A DNA stretch of 64,000 nt from NCBI GenBank assembly GCA_963797555.1, contig CAWCPV010000004.1, positions 782,184 to 846,183 of the forward strand. The letters run 5' to 3'. Shown piece after piece: positions 53,543 through 64,000 of the stretch. The first letter of the stretch is position 1; each line of letters opens with the position of its first letter. A program made the position numbers and the translations under genes. The notes beneath the pieces were generated by a model. That model was given only the letters and a program-made list of their open reading frames with translations. It was not told where the DNA came from and did no database searches. Source of the DNA: an uncultured Gammaproteobacteria bacterium. Its GTDB lineage: Bacteria > Pseudomonadota > Gammaproteobacteria > CAWCPV01.

Positions 53543-53824
53543 TTGTCTTACGCTGTCAGCTTTGTTCCTTCTGCTGCAAGAGCCCTCCGCAAGCTTGATC
53601 CAGGGACACGGGAACGTATCCTGCGCGCCATCCTCGCGCTTGAGACCGATCCCCATCACGTGCCCGGCACGAAGAAGCTGACAGGGCAGGAAGGTTACCG
53701 CCTTCGTGTGGGCGATTATCGGGTACTTTATGAAGTCCGCGATGAAGTGCTGCGCGTGCTTGTGGTGAAGGTCGGCCATCGCAGAGAGGTTTACCGGAAG
53801 CAGCAGCCTCGCTGTGGCCGCTAG
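53543..53824 (+). CDS. relE: RelE/ParE family toxin
   Basis: KKLTGQEGYRLRVGDYRVLYEV..VVKVGHRREVYR. Confidence 0.92.
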   Translation: MSYAVSFVPSAARALRKLDPGTRERILRAILALETDPHHVPGTKKLTGQEGYRLRVGDYRVLYEVRDEVLRVLVVKVGHRREVYRKQQPRCGR

Positions 53825-54079
53825 GTACGTGCGGGGTGTGGATGTTACCCGGCACCCCCGGCGATGGGGGGCTCAGACACCAAGGGGCTGTACTCCAGGC
53901 TGTGAAACGAAACCCGCCTGAGCCAAACACTGGGATAAGTGTTTATTTGGATGTTGCCGGAGAAACGGGTGCGCGAGGTGGTCAGTGAAGGGGCGGAGAA
54001 GGTCCTGCATCCCTTAGTCATGTCTACGAATCAGCACGTGAGGGTTAATGCTGGGCGGCTTGTTCCCAGGATGCCGTTA

Positions 54080-54554
54080 CCCGCAGCTTATGGATACGTC
54101 GTCGGGCCGGAGCCCGTACTTCCTCGCCTACCAGGCGGCGCAGGTGAAGCTCGGCGACAAGGGCTTTCTGTCTCGGGACATCACGGTGCTGGACCTACTG
54201 TTGAACCGCAGCGACGTGCACCACGTCTACCCGAGGAAGCATCTGAAGGCCCAAGGACTCCCGCGTGGCCGCTACAACCAGATCGCCAACTTCGTGCTGG
54301 CCCAGAGCGAGATCAACATCGCCATCGGCGACAAGCCGCCCGAGAGGTACTTCGCGGAGTTGGCCGAGCAGTGCAACGGCGGCAAGAAGAAGTACGGCGG
54401 CATCACGGACGCGGCCGACCTGCACGCCAACCTGAGGATGAGCTGCCTGCCGGAGTCGCTGCTTAACGGCGCGATCCCGACCTACGACGACTTCCTCGAA
54501 GAGCGCCGCAAGCTTATGGCGCTGAAGGTCAAGACCTGGTTCGAGGCGCTCTGA
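54080..54554 (+). pseudogene. C-terminal fragment of a GmrSD-family (DUF262/DUF1524 HNH) protein
   Basis: [41 protein letters not shown]; N-terminus absent. Confidence 0.75.
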
Positions 54555-54850
54555 ATAATCACCGACCTCGATCCCCATCCCGTGATGAAGGACTCCGGCG
54601 TCCAGTGGCTGTGGGGGAGGTGCGGCTGCTGGAAGATGGTGGCATCGAGGCTTTCCTGCGCCGCCAGGTGCTGCCCCGCGCCGCCGACGCCTGGTACGTC
54701 CCGGAGAGTGTGAAGATCGGCTACGAGATCAGCTTCACCCGCCACTTCTACAAGCCGCAGCCCCTGCGCACCTGGAGGGGCTCCGCGCTGACATTCTGGC
54801 GCTGGAGAGGAAGACCGAAGGCTTATTGGACGAGCTGCTGGGTAAGAGGC
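54555..54850 (+). pseudogene. hsdM: Short hsdS 5' remnant fused to the hsdM C-terminal remnant
   Basis: KDSGVQWL (HsdS-like), then EDGGIEAFLRRQVLP..DAW..KIGYEISFTRHFYKPQPLR (HsdM C-terminus). Confidence 0.75.
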
Positions 54851-54948
54851 CGGCAGTATAGCAAGCCTCGATCCTTTGCCTGCCCAGTTGGTGCAGTCAT
54901 GCTACCCTATCAAGTTGGTGGCGCGTACTGATGGCACGAGGGCGGCCC

Positions 54949-55209
54949 ATGAAGAACATCACCATTCGGGGCATCGACGAGGCGCTGGATCAGGCCCTCA
55001 AGACAGCCGCGGACCTGGAGTCCAGGAGCATCAATCAGCTCGTGCTCGAAGTGCTCCGAGAGCGGTTCGGGCTGACCAAGGCCGCGCGCCACACTCGCCG
55101 GCACCACGACCTGGACGATCTCTTTGGCCGTTGGAGGGAGGAGGAGTACCAGCGCGTTCAGGACATGGTGAGCGAACAGCGCAGGATCGACCCTGATCTC
55201 TGGAAATGA
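54949..55209 (+). CDS. FitA-like ribbon-helix-helix antitoxin
   Basis: MKNITIRGIDEALDQALK..SINQLVLEVL..HHDLDDLFGRW. Confidence 0.85.
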   Translation: MKNITIRGIDEALDQALKTAADLESRSINQLVLEVLRERFGLTKAARHTRRHHDLDDLFGRWREEEYQRVQDMVSEQRRIDPDLWK

Positions 55210-55594
55210 GACGTGCTCTGGTCGACACCAATATCTACTCGCTGGCCATGCGGGGCGACCCCGATGTGCTGGATCATTTGCAGCAGCTCGACGAGATCGG
55301 CTTCTCCGTGGTCAGTCTGGGTGAATTGTTCGGTGGATTCCTGGGGGCGGACGGGAGGAGCAGAATCGGCTGGAGCTGGACCGTTTTCTCGACTCGCCGA
55401 GGGTTCGCGTGCTCGCCATCGACGAGGACACCGCGGAGTTCTATGCCTCCGCCTTCCAGGCCCTGAGGCGCGCTGGAACCCCGATCCCCACTAACGATCT
55501 CTGGATCGCGGCCCTTGCGCAGCGGCATGGCCTGCCGGTCTACACCCGGGACACCCACTTCCAAGCGGTGCCCGGTTTGGTGTTGGTCACATGA
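55206..55594 (+). CDS. vapC: VapC/PIN toxin (frameshift in a G-run ~55345)
   Basis: LVDTNIYS, LGEL, PIPTNDLWIAALA, TRDTHF. Confidence 0.88.
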
Positions 55595-57016
55595 TCCAGG
55601 GGCTCATGCCCTATCCGTCCTATAAGGACTCCGGCGTGCCGTGGCTGGGGAAGGTGCCGGAGCATTGGGAGGTCCGGCGCCTGAAGCGGTGTACATCGTT
55701 GAACATCGCGGCGGACACATCCGTGACCTTCCTGCCTATGGATCACGTAGGGGCGGACGGAAGGATCGACGCCAGACAGACGGTACGTGCATCCGCTGTT
55801 TGCAATGGCTTCATGGCTTCACCTACTTCCGGCGAAACGACGTTCTGATCGCCAAGATCACTCCTTGCTTCGAGAATGGGAAGGGCGCGTGTCTCCTTTC
55901 CTTGCCTACGGAGATCGGTTTCGGATCAACCGAGTTTCATGTCCTCAGAGCCAAATCATCCATCTTGCCGCAGTTTCTGTATCGCGTGACGACGGTTGCG
56001 GAGTTTCGGCGGCTTGGCGCGGATGCGATGACCGGGGCCGCGGGTCAACAACGAGTATCGCAATCGTTCATAGCTGACTATCCAATTGCCCTCCCGCCCC
56101 TCGCCGAACAAGCCGGCATCGTGCGCTTCCTCGACCACGTGGACCGGCGTATCCGGCGTTATATCCGGGCCAAGCAGAAACTGATCAAGCTGCTCGAGGA
56201 GCAGAAGCAGGCCATCATCCACCGCGCCGTCACCCGCGGCCTCGACCCGAACGTCCGCCTCAAGCCCTCCGGTGTGGAGTGGCTGGGGGATGTGCCGGAG
56301 CATTGGAGTGTGCGCAGGGCAAAGCATCTTTTCCGTGAGGTCGATCGTCGGTCCGTTGCGGGGACCGAGGTGCTGCTATCGCTCCGTATGTATCAAGGGC
56401 TCGTCCCTCACAACGAGGTATCAACGACCCCCATATCAGCCCAAGCGCTGGTCGGCTTTAAGAAGGTTGAGCCGGGGCAGATTGTCATGAACCGAATGCG
56501 AGCCGCCATTGGTATGTTCGGTCTCGCACGCCAACGGGACTGGTTAGTCCCGACTACGCGGTTCTTGAGCCGGTCGCACATACCGACCCGGCGTACTTCC
56601 TGCACCTCTTCAAAACCAGAGTCGCCGGCACCACCTTCCGCATTGAGTCCAGGGGGCTTGGCACCGGGTCCTCTGGCTTCATGCGGCTATACACAGATCG
56701 ATTCATGATGATCAAGCTGCCCGTACCACCTCATGAGGAACAGCGGCGCATTGTTCATGGCATCTCCGCAAGCACGCAAGGGATTGAACGCAGCGAAGCG
56801 CGCATCAGTCGCGAACTCGCGCTGCTCCGCGAATACCGCACCCGCCTGATCGCCGATGTGGTCACCGGCAAGCTGGACGTGCGCGATGTGGCAGCGCGGC
56901 TGCCGGACGAGGCCGAGGAGGCGGAACCGCTCGACGAGGCGGACGCGCTGGCGGAAGGCGACGAATCCATTGAAGGCGCGGACCTCGACGCCTCTCGCGA
57001 AGAGGCCGAGGCGTGA
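55591..57016 (+). pseudogene. hsdS: Type I restriction-modification specificity subunit, frameshifted
   Basis: YKDSGVPWLGKVPEHW, AKITPCFENGK, LPPLAEQ, EQKQAII, EYRTRLIADVVTGKLDV; 8-bp duplication at 55805 and another shift ~56535. Confidence 0.9.
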
Positions 57017-57412
57017 CCGTACCGACCCGACCCAAGCTTTACCACATCACCCACGTGGACAATCTGCCGGCCATCCTGGCCGAAGGCGGGCTGTGCTCGG
57101 ACGCGATGATGGCGGCGCGGGGCGGGCCGGCGGCGGCCATCGGCATGGGGCAGATCAAGGAACGGCGGCTGGTCCTGCCGGTGCGCTGCCACCTCGGCGA
57201 CCGTGTGGGCGACTACGTGCCGTTCTATTTCTGCCCGCGCTCGATCATGCTGTACCTGATTTGCATGGCCAATCACCCAGGCCTGACTTACAGGGGCGGC
57301 CAAGGGCCGATCATGCATCTGGAGGCTGACCTGCGCGAAACGGTGGGCTGGGCCGAGGGCGAAGGCTGCCGCTGGGCCTTCAGCCTTCCAATGTAGGGGC
57401 GTACTACACTGA

Positions 57413-57574
57413 GAGCTTGTGAATAAATCTGCTGCGCGTCCCGATAGCCGCGTTGCGCGGTGTTCATGGCGTACCTCCTGTACGCCACCCCTTCGGGGCG
57501 TCCCGCGGACGTGCCGAATGGCTGTCCGCCATTCGGTCGCTCCCCGCCCGTCTATCGGATCTGTTCACAAGCTC
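57413..57574. mobile_element. 162-bp MITE
   Basis: Terminal inverted repeats GAGCTTGTGAATAAATC / GATCTGTTCACAAGCTC, flanked by TGA on both sides. Confidence 0.85.
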
Positions 57575-57577
57575 TGA

Positions 57578-59206
57578 GAGCCTGTGAAAAAATCCCCCGA
57601 AGCCGCCAGCGCTGGTGTAAAGTTTCGCCATTTATTTGTCCACCAGGGGGCGGAGCGAAGTGGACATCCCACTCTTTGACGAACAGCAGGCACCGGTTCC
57701 GCGGCCTGAAGAGCGTAGGGAGCGAGTCGCGCAGGGTGGCCCGCCGCGCTACCAGCGGCCCAATCGTGCCCAGGTCGAGCTGCGGCCCTGTAACTTGGAT
57801 GCACTGATCCCCGAGGACCATGCGGTGCGCACGGTCTGGGCGTTCGTGCAAGGGATGGATCTTTCACCCCTGTACCACAGTATCCGGGCGGTGGAGGGCG
57901 GGGCGGGACGCCCGCCGATTGACCCGGCCATCCTGATAGCGCTGTGGCTGTATGCCACCTTGGAGGGGGTAGGCAGTGCGCGGATGCTGGAGCGGCTGTG
58001 CCAGCAGCATGATGCCTACCGCTGGCTGTGCGGTGGTGTATCGGTCAACTACCACACCTTGGCGGACTTTCGGGTGGCCCATGGGGCGTTTCTCGACCAT
58101 CAGCTCACCGTGGGGGTGGCCACCCTCCTGTCGGAGGGGCTGGTCAGCATGAAGCGGGTGGCGCAGGACGGAGTGCGCATCCGCGCCTCGGCGGGGGCGG
58201 CCTCGTTCCGTCGCCAACCAAGCCTGGAGAGCTGTCTCGAAGAGGCTCGTGCGCAGGTCGAGACGTTGCGCCAAGAGCTGCAAGACGCCCCGGCAGCGAG
58301 CGCCCAGCGTGAGCGGGCCGCCCGGCTGCGGGCCGCTCACGAGCGCGAGCAGCGGGTGCGCCAGGCCCTGGAGCATCTGCCTCAGGTCGAGGCCAAGAAG
58401 AAGGCCGCGGAGAAGGCCAAGGCGCGGGTCTCCACCACCGACCCCGAGGCGCGGGTGATGAAGATGGCCGATGGCGGGTTTCGACCCGCCTTCAACGGCC
58501 AGTTTTGCGCCGACACCGGAACCCAGATCGTGGTGGGGGTCGACCTCGGCAATGAAGGCAGCGACCAGGGCGAACTGGTGCCGATGCTGGAGCAGCTTGT
58601 CGAGCGTTATCAAGCGCTGCCTGAGGAGACCCTGGTCGATGGGGGCTTTGCCAACAAGCAGGCCATCGAAGCGGCCACCGCCGCCGGCACCACGGTCTAC
58701 GCCCCGGTACAAAAGCCCAAAGACCCCAACCGCGACCCCCATGCCGCGCTGCCCGAGGATAGTCCAGCGGTGGCCGCGTGGCGAGAACGCATGGGCACCG
58801 AACAGGCCAAAGAGATCTACAAGCAGAGGGCTTCCACAGCCGAGTGCGTCAATGCCATCGCGCGAAACCGGGGACTGCGCCAATTTGCCGTGCGTGGACT
58901 GCAGAAGGTGAAAAGCGTGTTGCTGTGGTACGCGCTTGCCCACAACCTGATGCGGGCAGCCTTCCTGCGCCTGCACAAGGCCAGCCAGCCGCAATACAGC
59001 ACGGCATAGCCCTTGAGACAAACGGTTTGGCGCCCCCGCGGGCGTCTCGGAACCCCCCTCACGCCGCTTGGGGGGGCAAGTCCGGGTCGGGACCCAGATC
59101 CCACAAGAACTATATCACGCTCCGCTAATATTCGCTGGGCATCTTGCCCCATGAGCAACGATTTTTCCTCGCCCGAGCCGCCGAGATTCGATAAATTCAC
59201 AGGCTC
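57578..59206 (+). mobile_element. IS1182-family insertion sequence (transposase 57636-59009)
   Basis: IRs GAGCCTGTGAAAAAATC / GATAAATTCACAGGCTC, TGA duplication; GRPPIDP, QDGVRIRASAG, STTDPEARVMK, YKQRASTAE. Confidence 0.92.
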
Positions 59207-59463
59207 TGAGTTTCGCCACCGGCTGGATCAGCTCGGCGAGGTGAATTGGACGGCGGTGGCGGCGACGGATTTCCGAGATGCTGCGGTCAAGGAGGGAAAG
59301 CAGGCCGAATTTCTGTTGCACGGCTTCTTTGCGTGGCGCCTCGTGCGGCGTGTCGGCGTGCTTTCCCGCCCCGTGTACGCGTGGTGGTGAACGCTCTGGT
59401 AGGCAGAGAACACCGGCCGGCTGTGGAAATCCGCCGCGAATGGTATTTTTGAGTCTGGAGGCG

Positions 59464-60507
59464 ATGATGAACCGATATCTCGAAGGCGATATTTTGAAGG
59501 CCGATGCCGAGGCGCTGGTGAACACCGTCAACTGCGTTGGCGTGATGGGACGGGGTATTGCGCTCCAGTTCAGGAACGTCTTTCCGGACAACTTCAAAGC
59601 CTATGCGGCTGCCTGCAAGCAGGGCGAGGTGCAGCCCGGCCGCATGTTCGTGTTCGAGACCGGGCAACTCACCGGCCCGCGCTACATCATCAACTTTCCC
59701 ACCAAGCGCCATTGGCGCGGGAAGAGCCGCATCGAGGATATCCGGGATGGCTTGGTTGCCCTGGTGTCCGAGATCAAGGCGCGCAACATCCGTTCCATCG
59801 CCATTCCGCCGCTGGGCAGCCGGCTGGGCGGTCTCGAATGGAGTGAGGTCCGACCGGTCATCGAACGCGCCATGGCGGCGTTGCCGGATGTTGATATCCT
59901 TGTGTTCGAGCCGGGAAGCGCACCGGCGGAAGGCAAAGCCAACCGGTCGCGCAATGTGCCCAGGATGACGGCGGGCCGCGCCGCCCTGGTGAGCCTGATG
60001 AACCGTTATCTCGCCGCGCTCATGGATCCGTCCATCACGCTGCTGGAAGTGCACAAGCTGATGTATTTCCTGCAGGCTGCGGGAGAGCCGCTGCGTCTGC
60101 GCTACGTGAAGGCTCCGTATGGCCTCTATGCGGAGAACCTGCGCCACGTGCTCCGCGACATTGAAGGCCACCTGATTTCGGGTTATTCCGACGGCGGAGA
60201 CGCGCCGGACAAACAGCTTGTCTTGGTGCCGGGCGCGGTAAGCGACGCCGAAGCGTTTCTCGCATCCCATGCGGCGACCCATGATCGTTTCGACCGCGTG
60301 GTGCGCTTGGTGGAAGGGTTCGAGACCCCATTTGGACTCGAACTGCTGGCGACGGTGCATTGGGTTGCCACTCAAGAACAGGCCATGTCGAAGGCCGATG
60401 TGGAGCGCGCCACCTATGCCTGGGCGCCGAGGAAGCGCCAATTCTCGCCCGCGCAGATTTCCTTGGCAGCAGAACGTCTGCGCGCCGAGGGGTGGTTGTC
60501 CGCCTGA
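59464..60507 (+). CDS. darG: DarG macrodomain antitoxin (DNA ADP-ribosyl glycohydrolase)
   Basis: EALVNTVNCVGVMGRGIALQF, IINFPTKRHW, C-terminal HKLMYFLQ..GFETPFGLELLATVHW. Confidence 0.93.
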   Translation: MMNRYLEGDILKADAEALVNTVNCVGVMGRGIALQFRNVFPDNFKAYAAACKQGEVQPGRMFVFETGQLTGPRYIINFPTKRHWRGKSRIEDIRDGLVALVSEIKARNIRSIAIPPLGSRLGGLEWSEVRPVIERAMAALPDVDILVFEPGSAPAEGKANRSRNVPRMTAGRAALVSLMNRYLAALMDPSITLLEVHKLMYFLQAAGEPLRLRYVKAPYGLYAENLRHVLRDIEGHLISGYSDGGDAPDKQLVLVPGAVSDAEAFLASHAATHDRFDRVVRLVEGFETPFGLELLATVHWVATQEQAMSKADVERATYAWAPRKRQFSPAQISLAAERLRAEGWLSA

Positions 60508-60696
60508 GGCGAGGGCAGCGATAGTGACGTGCGTATGGCGGCGCTCGACGGAGCGGACGCGCTGGCGGAAGGACACAGTTTTGTCGGCGACGCGGACCTC
60601 GACGTTGCACCGGGGGAGGCCGAAGCATGACGACAGTCCAACGCACAAGGCGGCGAGGACTTTCCTAAGAAGTATTCGGGCACGGAGGGAGAGAGG

Positions 60697-61155
60697 GTGC
60701 CTTTGACCCAGACCGAGTTCGAAACGCTGTTGAGCGACACGACCAAGCGCATCGAAGGCGACGTCGTCTGGCAGACGGACGAAGATCATTCGCCCTGTTT
60801 CGACTTCCGCGCCGAGGTGCGCTCCGAAAGCGGGTGGCCGCTCTTCGTGCGAGGCAGCTTCAACCCGCTCATCCCCGCCCTGCCTTACGGGCTGGTCCTG
60901 GAGACCGAAGGGCGGATCTACGGGCTCGACCTCGGCAAGGACCACCACAACCCGGAATGCCAGCAGGTGGGTGAGTGCCATAAGCACCGCTGGACGGAGC
61001 GATTCCGCGACAAGGATGCCTATGTGCCCACGGACATCACGGCCTCTGCCTCACAGCCGGTGGATGTCTGGCAGCAGTTCTGTGCGGAGGCCCGGATCGA
61101 CCATCAGGGGCGGATGTTCCCTCCACCGCCTTCGACGTGGGGGCCGTTTCTATGA
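60697..61155 (+). CDS. DUF6978-like hypothetical protein
   Basis: RIYGLDLGKDHHNP...HKHRWTE..DAYVP His-rich motif; ATGA overlap with the next gene. Confidence 0.6.
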   Translation: MPLTQTEFETLLSDTTKRIEGDVVWQTDEDHSPCFDFRAEVRSESGWPLFVRGSFNPLIPALPYGLVLETEGRIYGLDLGKDHHNPECQQVGECHKHRWTERFRDKDAYVPTDITASASQPVDVWQQFCAEARIDHQGRMFPPPPSTWGPFL

Positions 61156-61928
61156 ACGCGTCGAATCTGTGCGCTGATCTGCAACGCGACCTGGGAGAGC
61201 TCTTCTCCTGCGGACAGCACGGCGAATTTCAGCGCATCCGCACGCCGTACCTCTATCCGGATGGGGACTACATCGACCTGTACGTGGAGACGAATGGGGA
61301 CATCATCTCCGTGTCCGATCTGGGAGAAACCCTGCGCTGGCTGCGCTCCCAGACGCTGTCGCCGCGCCGCTCGCCCAAGCAGAACGCCCTGATCGCAGAT
61401 GCCTGCCTGACGCATGGGGTTGAGTTCTACAAAGGCACGCTACTAGCTCGTTGTCGTCCGGGAGACTCCCTGGCAGGGGTGACGATGCGGGTGGCTCAGG
61501 TCTGCCTGCGGGTATCGGATCTGTGGTTCACCTTCCGCACGCGGGCTGTGGAATCCGTCACCGATGAAGTCGCGGATTTCCTTTCCGAGCGGCGGTTCAA
61601 CTTCGAGCGTGCAGCGAGGCTCGCCGGACGATCCGGGCGGGGATGGAGCGTGGATTTTCATGTCCGGGCGCCGGCGCGCAGTTCCCTGGTCTACGTCCTG
61701 AGCACGGGTAACCGCTCCGCCGCGCGCGCTGTGGCCAACACTGTGCTCGCGGCGTGGTACGACCTGAACCACCTGGCGGTCGGGCCGGAGGCGTTGCGTT
61801 TCGTCTCACTGTTCGACGATACGGTGGACGTTTGGGCCGACGAGGACTTCCGCCTGGTGGAGGGTCTATCTACGGTAGCGCACTGGTCACGACCCGACGA
61901 ATTCGCCGAAGTGCTTCAGGCGGCATAG
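61152..61928 (+). CDS. DUF1828/DUF1829-like protein
   Basis: IRTPYLYPDGDYIDLY..VSDLGETL; C-terminal GRSGRGWSVDF (PD-(D/E)xK-like). Confidence 0.7.
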   Translation: MNASNLCADLQRDLGELFSCGQHGEFQRIRTPYLYPDGDYIDLYVETNGDIISVSDLGETLRWLRSQTLSPRRSPKQNALIADACLTHGVEFYKGTLLARCRPGDSLAGVTMRVAQVCLRVSDLWFTFRTRAVESVTDEVADFLSERRFNFERAARLAGRSGRGWSVDFHVRAPARSSLVYVLSTGNRSAARAVANTVLAAWYDLNHLAVGPEALRFVSLFDDTVDVWADEDFRLVEGLSTVAHWSRPDEFAEVLQAA

Positions 61929-62096
61929 GGGAATGGGCGGAGGCACCAGTGGGAGGCAGACGCGGATTAGACCGGCGCGTCAAAGCAGCGTGGGCTTTCC
62001 CGAAGCGGGTACGCTCATTCCCACCATGGGAACGATCAATACATCCGAGCCGATCATCGCGCCGACCACCTTGGCCACCGCCTTGTTCACGCGTGT

Positions 62097-64000
62097 ATGG
62101 CTCCGATACCTCGGAAAAGGGTCTGGAGCGGCTGATCTGCACGGCGCTGGCGGGCCACCCCTGCGACCCGCTGCAGGCGGGAGATCTGCGCGAGCGGCCG
62201 GCCATTTACGGCGTCGGCTGGGTGGGCGGCGATGCCAACGACTACGACCGCGAGTACTGCGTGGACCTGGCTCAGCTCTCCAGGTTCCTGCTGGAGACGC
62301 AGCTCGAGGTGGCCGAGGCGCTCGATCTCGGCCAGGACGGCCCGACGCGGCGCAAGTTCCTGGCGCGCCTGCAAGGTGAGATCAGCAAGCGCGGCACCGT
62401 CGACGTGCTGCGCCACGGCATCAAGCACGGGCCGTACCAGCTCGACCTGATTCTACGGCACGCCATCGCCGGGCAACGTGAAGGCCCGGGAGCGTTACGC
62501 CGCCAACCGCTTCAGCGTCACGCGCCAGCTCCGCTACAGCCGCGACGAGACCCAGCTCGCCCTCGACCTCGGTTTGTTCATCAACGGCCTTCCGGTCGCC
62601 ACCTTCGAGCTGAAGAACAGCCTGACCAAGCAGACGGTGGAGGACGCCATCCAGCAGTATAAGCGCGACCGCGACCCGCGCGAGAAGCTGTTCGAGTTCG
62701 GCCGTTGCGTGGTGCATTTCGCGGTGGACGACCACGAGGTGCGCTTCTGCGCCCACTTGAAGGGCAGAGCCTCCTGGTTTCTCCCTTTCAACCAGGGCTG
62801 GAACGACGGCGCAGGGAACCCGCCCAATCCGAACGGGCTCAAGACCGACTACTTATGGAAGCGCACCCTCACCCGCGCCGGCCTGACCGATATCCTCGAG
62901 AACTACGCCCAGGTCGTCGAGACCAAGGACGAGAAGACCGGGCGCAAGAAGCGAGTGCAGATCTGGCCGCGCTTCCACCAGCTCGACGTGGTGCGCAAGC
63001 TCCTGGCCGACGTGGGCTCGCACGGCGCGGGCCGGCGCTACCTGATCGAGCATTCGGCGGGAGCGGCAAGTCGAACTCCATCGCCTGGCTGGCCCATCAG
63101 TTGATTGGGCTCACGAAGAACGGGACCACCGTCTTCGACTCGATCATCGTCGTCACCGACCGGCGCATCCTGGACCAGCAGGTCCGCGGACACCATCAAG
63201 CAGTTCGCCCAGGTGGGCGCTACGGTGGGGCACGCGGAGCACTCCGGCGACCTGCGTAAGTTCATCGAGAGCGGGAAGAACATCATCATCTCCACGGTAC
63301 AGAAGTTCCCGTTCATTCTTGACGAGATCGGGAGCGAGCACCGCGGACGCAGGTTTGCCATCATCATCGACGAGGCGCATTCCAGCCAGGGCGGGCGGAC
63401 CTCCGCTGCGGTCTCGCTGGCGCTGGGGACGGCAGGCGCCGAGGAGGACGATGAGACCACCGAGGACAAGATCAACCGGCTGATGGAAGCGAAGAAGCTC
63501 CTGCCCAACGCGAGCTATTTTGCCTTTACCGCCACGCCCAAGAACAAGACCCCGGAGATCTTCGGCGAGCCCGAGCCCCAGCCGGACGGCAAGATCCGGC
63601 ACCGGCCCTTCCACAGCTACACGATGAAGCAGGCCATCCAGGAAGGCTTCATCCTGGACGTGCTCAAGCACTACACGCCGATCGACAGCTACTACAAGCT
63701 CGTCAAGACGGTCGAGGGCGACCCCGAGTTCGACACCAAGCGCGCGAAGAAGAAGCTGCGCCGCTACGTCGAGAGCCACGAGCACGCGATCCGGCTCAAA
63801 GCCGAGATCATGGTGGACCACTTCCACGAGCAGGTGCTGGCGCTCAACAAGATCGGCGGTCAGGCGCGGGCGATGGTGGTCACGAGCGGCATCGAGCGCG
63901 CCATCCAGTACTACCACGCCTTCCGCGACTATCTGATCGAGCGCAAGAGCCCTTGCCGGGCCATCGTCGCCTTCTCGGGCGAGCACGAGTATGGCGGAGC
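62097..64000 (+). CDS. hsdR: Type I restriction endonuclease subunit R, partial, several frameshifts
   Basis: DTSEKGLE, FINGLPVATFELKN, HSAG-SGKSNSIAW, IIDEAHSSQ, AFTATPK. Confidence 0.93.

Larger units (their letters stand above)
57013..59452 (+). pseudogene. darT: DarT DNA ADP-ribosyltransferase toxin (DUF4433) interrupted by a MITE and an IS
   Basis: LYHITHVDNL, DYVPFYFCPRSIMLY; resumes at 59210 with FRHRLDQLGEVNW..KEGKQAEFL. Confidence 0.9.

Overview
High-GC gammaproteobacterial chromosome segment, probably from a sulfur-oxidiser (Chromatiales-like; inferred from gene content). All family calls come from recognising motifs by eye, not from database searches. 1-11.6 kb is mostly housekeeping: xseA (partial), a SoxXA-binding-like protein, guaB-guaA-tadA, ypjD/ccsA, ffh, an aldolase-SDR fusion and a Trx-VKOR fusion. 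11.6-25.4 kb is a decaying accessory region: IS1634 and IS1380 remnants, an RND efflux pair, two SnoaL/NTF2 genes that share an identical 654-bp block but have different C-terminal domains, a ferredoxin-reductase-like gene, an RRM protein, 90-bp dispersed repeats and a relic integrase arm site. 25.4-43.5 kb holds glycosyltransferases, a MoxR-DUF58-transglutaminase operon and assorted core genes. tRNA-Lys(TTT) at 43566 is followed by a ~9.5-kb PICI-like phage satellite bounded by a 46-bp att repeat. The satellite has an integrase translationally coupled to a YefM/YoeB-type TA pair, an AlpA-like protein, a prim-pol/helicase with an internal iteron array, a lambda Nu1-like small terminase behind a cosQ-like site, no capsid or large terminase, and an uncharacterised two-gene cargo. 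Beyond attR is a second, decaying defence island: Phd/RelE and FitA/VapC TA pairs, GmrSD and hsdM fragments, hsdS, darT (split by a MITE plus an IS1182 element at one site), darG, a DUF6978-like/DUF1828-like pair and hsdR. Many single-base frameshifts, including one in the essential ffh, point to sequencing or assembly indels, so most pseudogene calls need read support.
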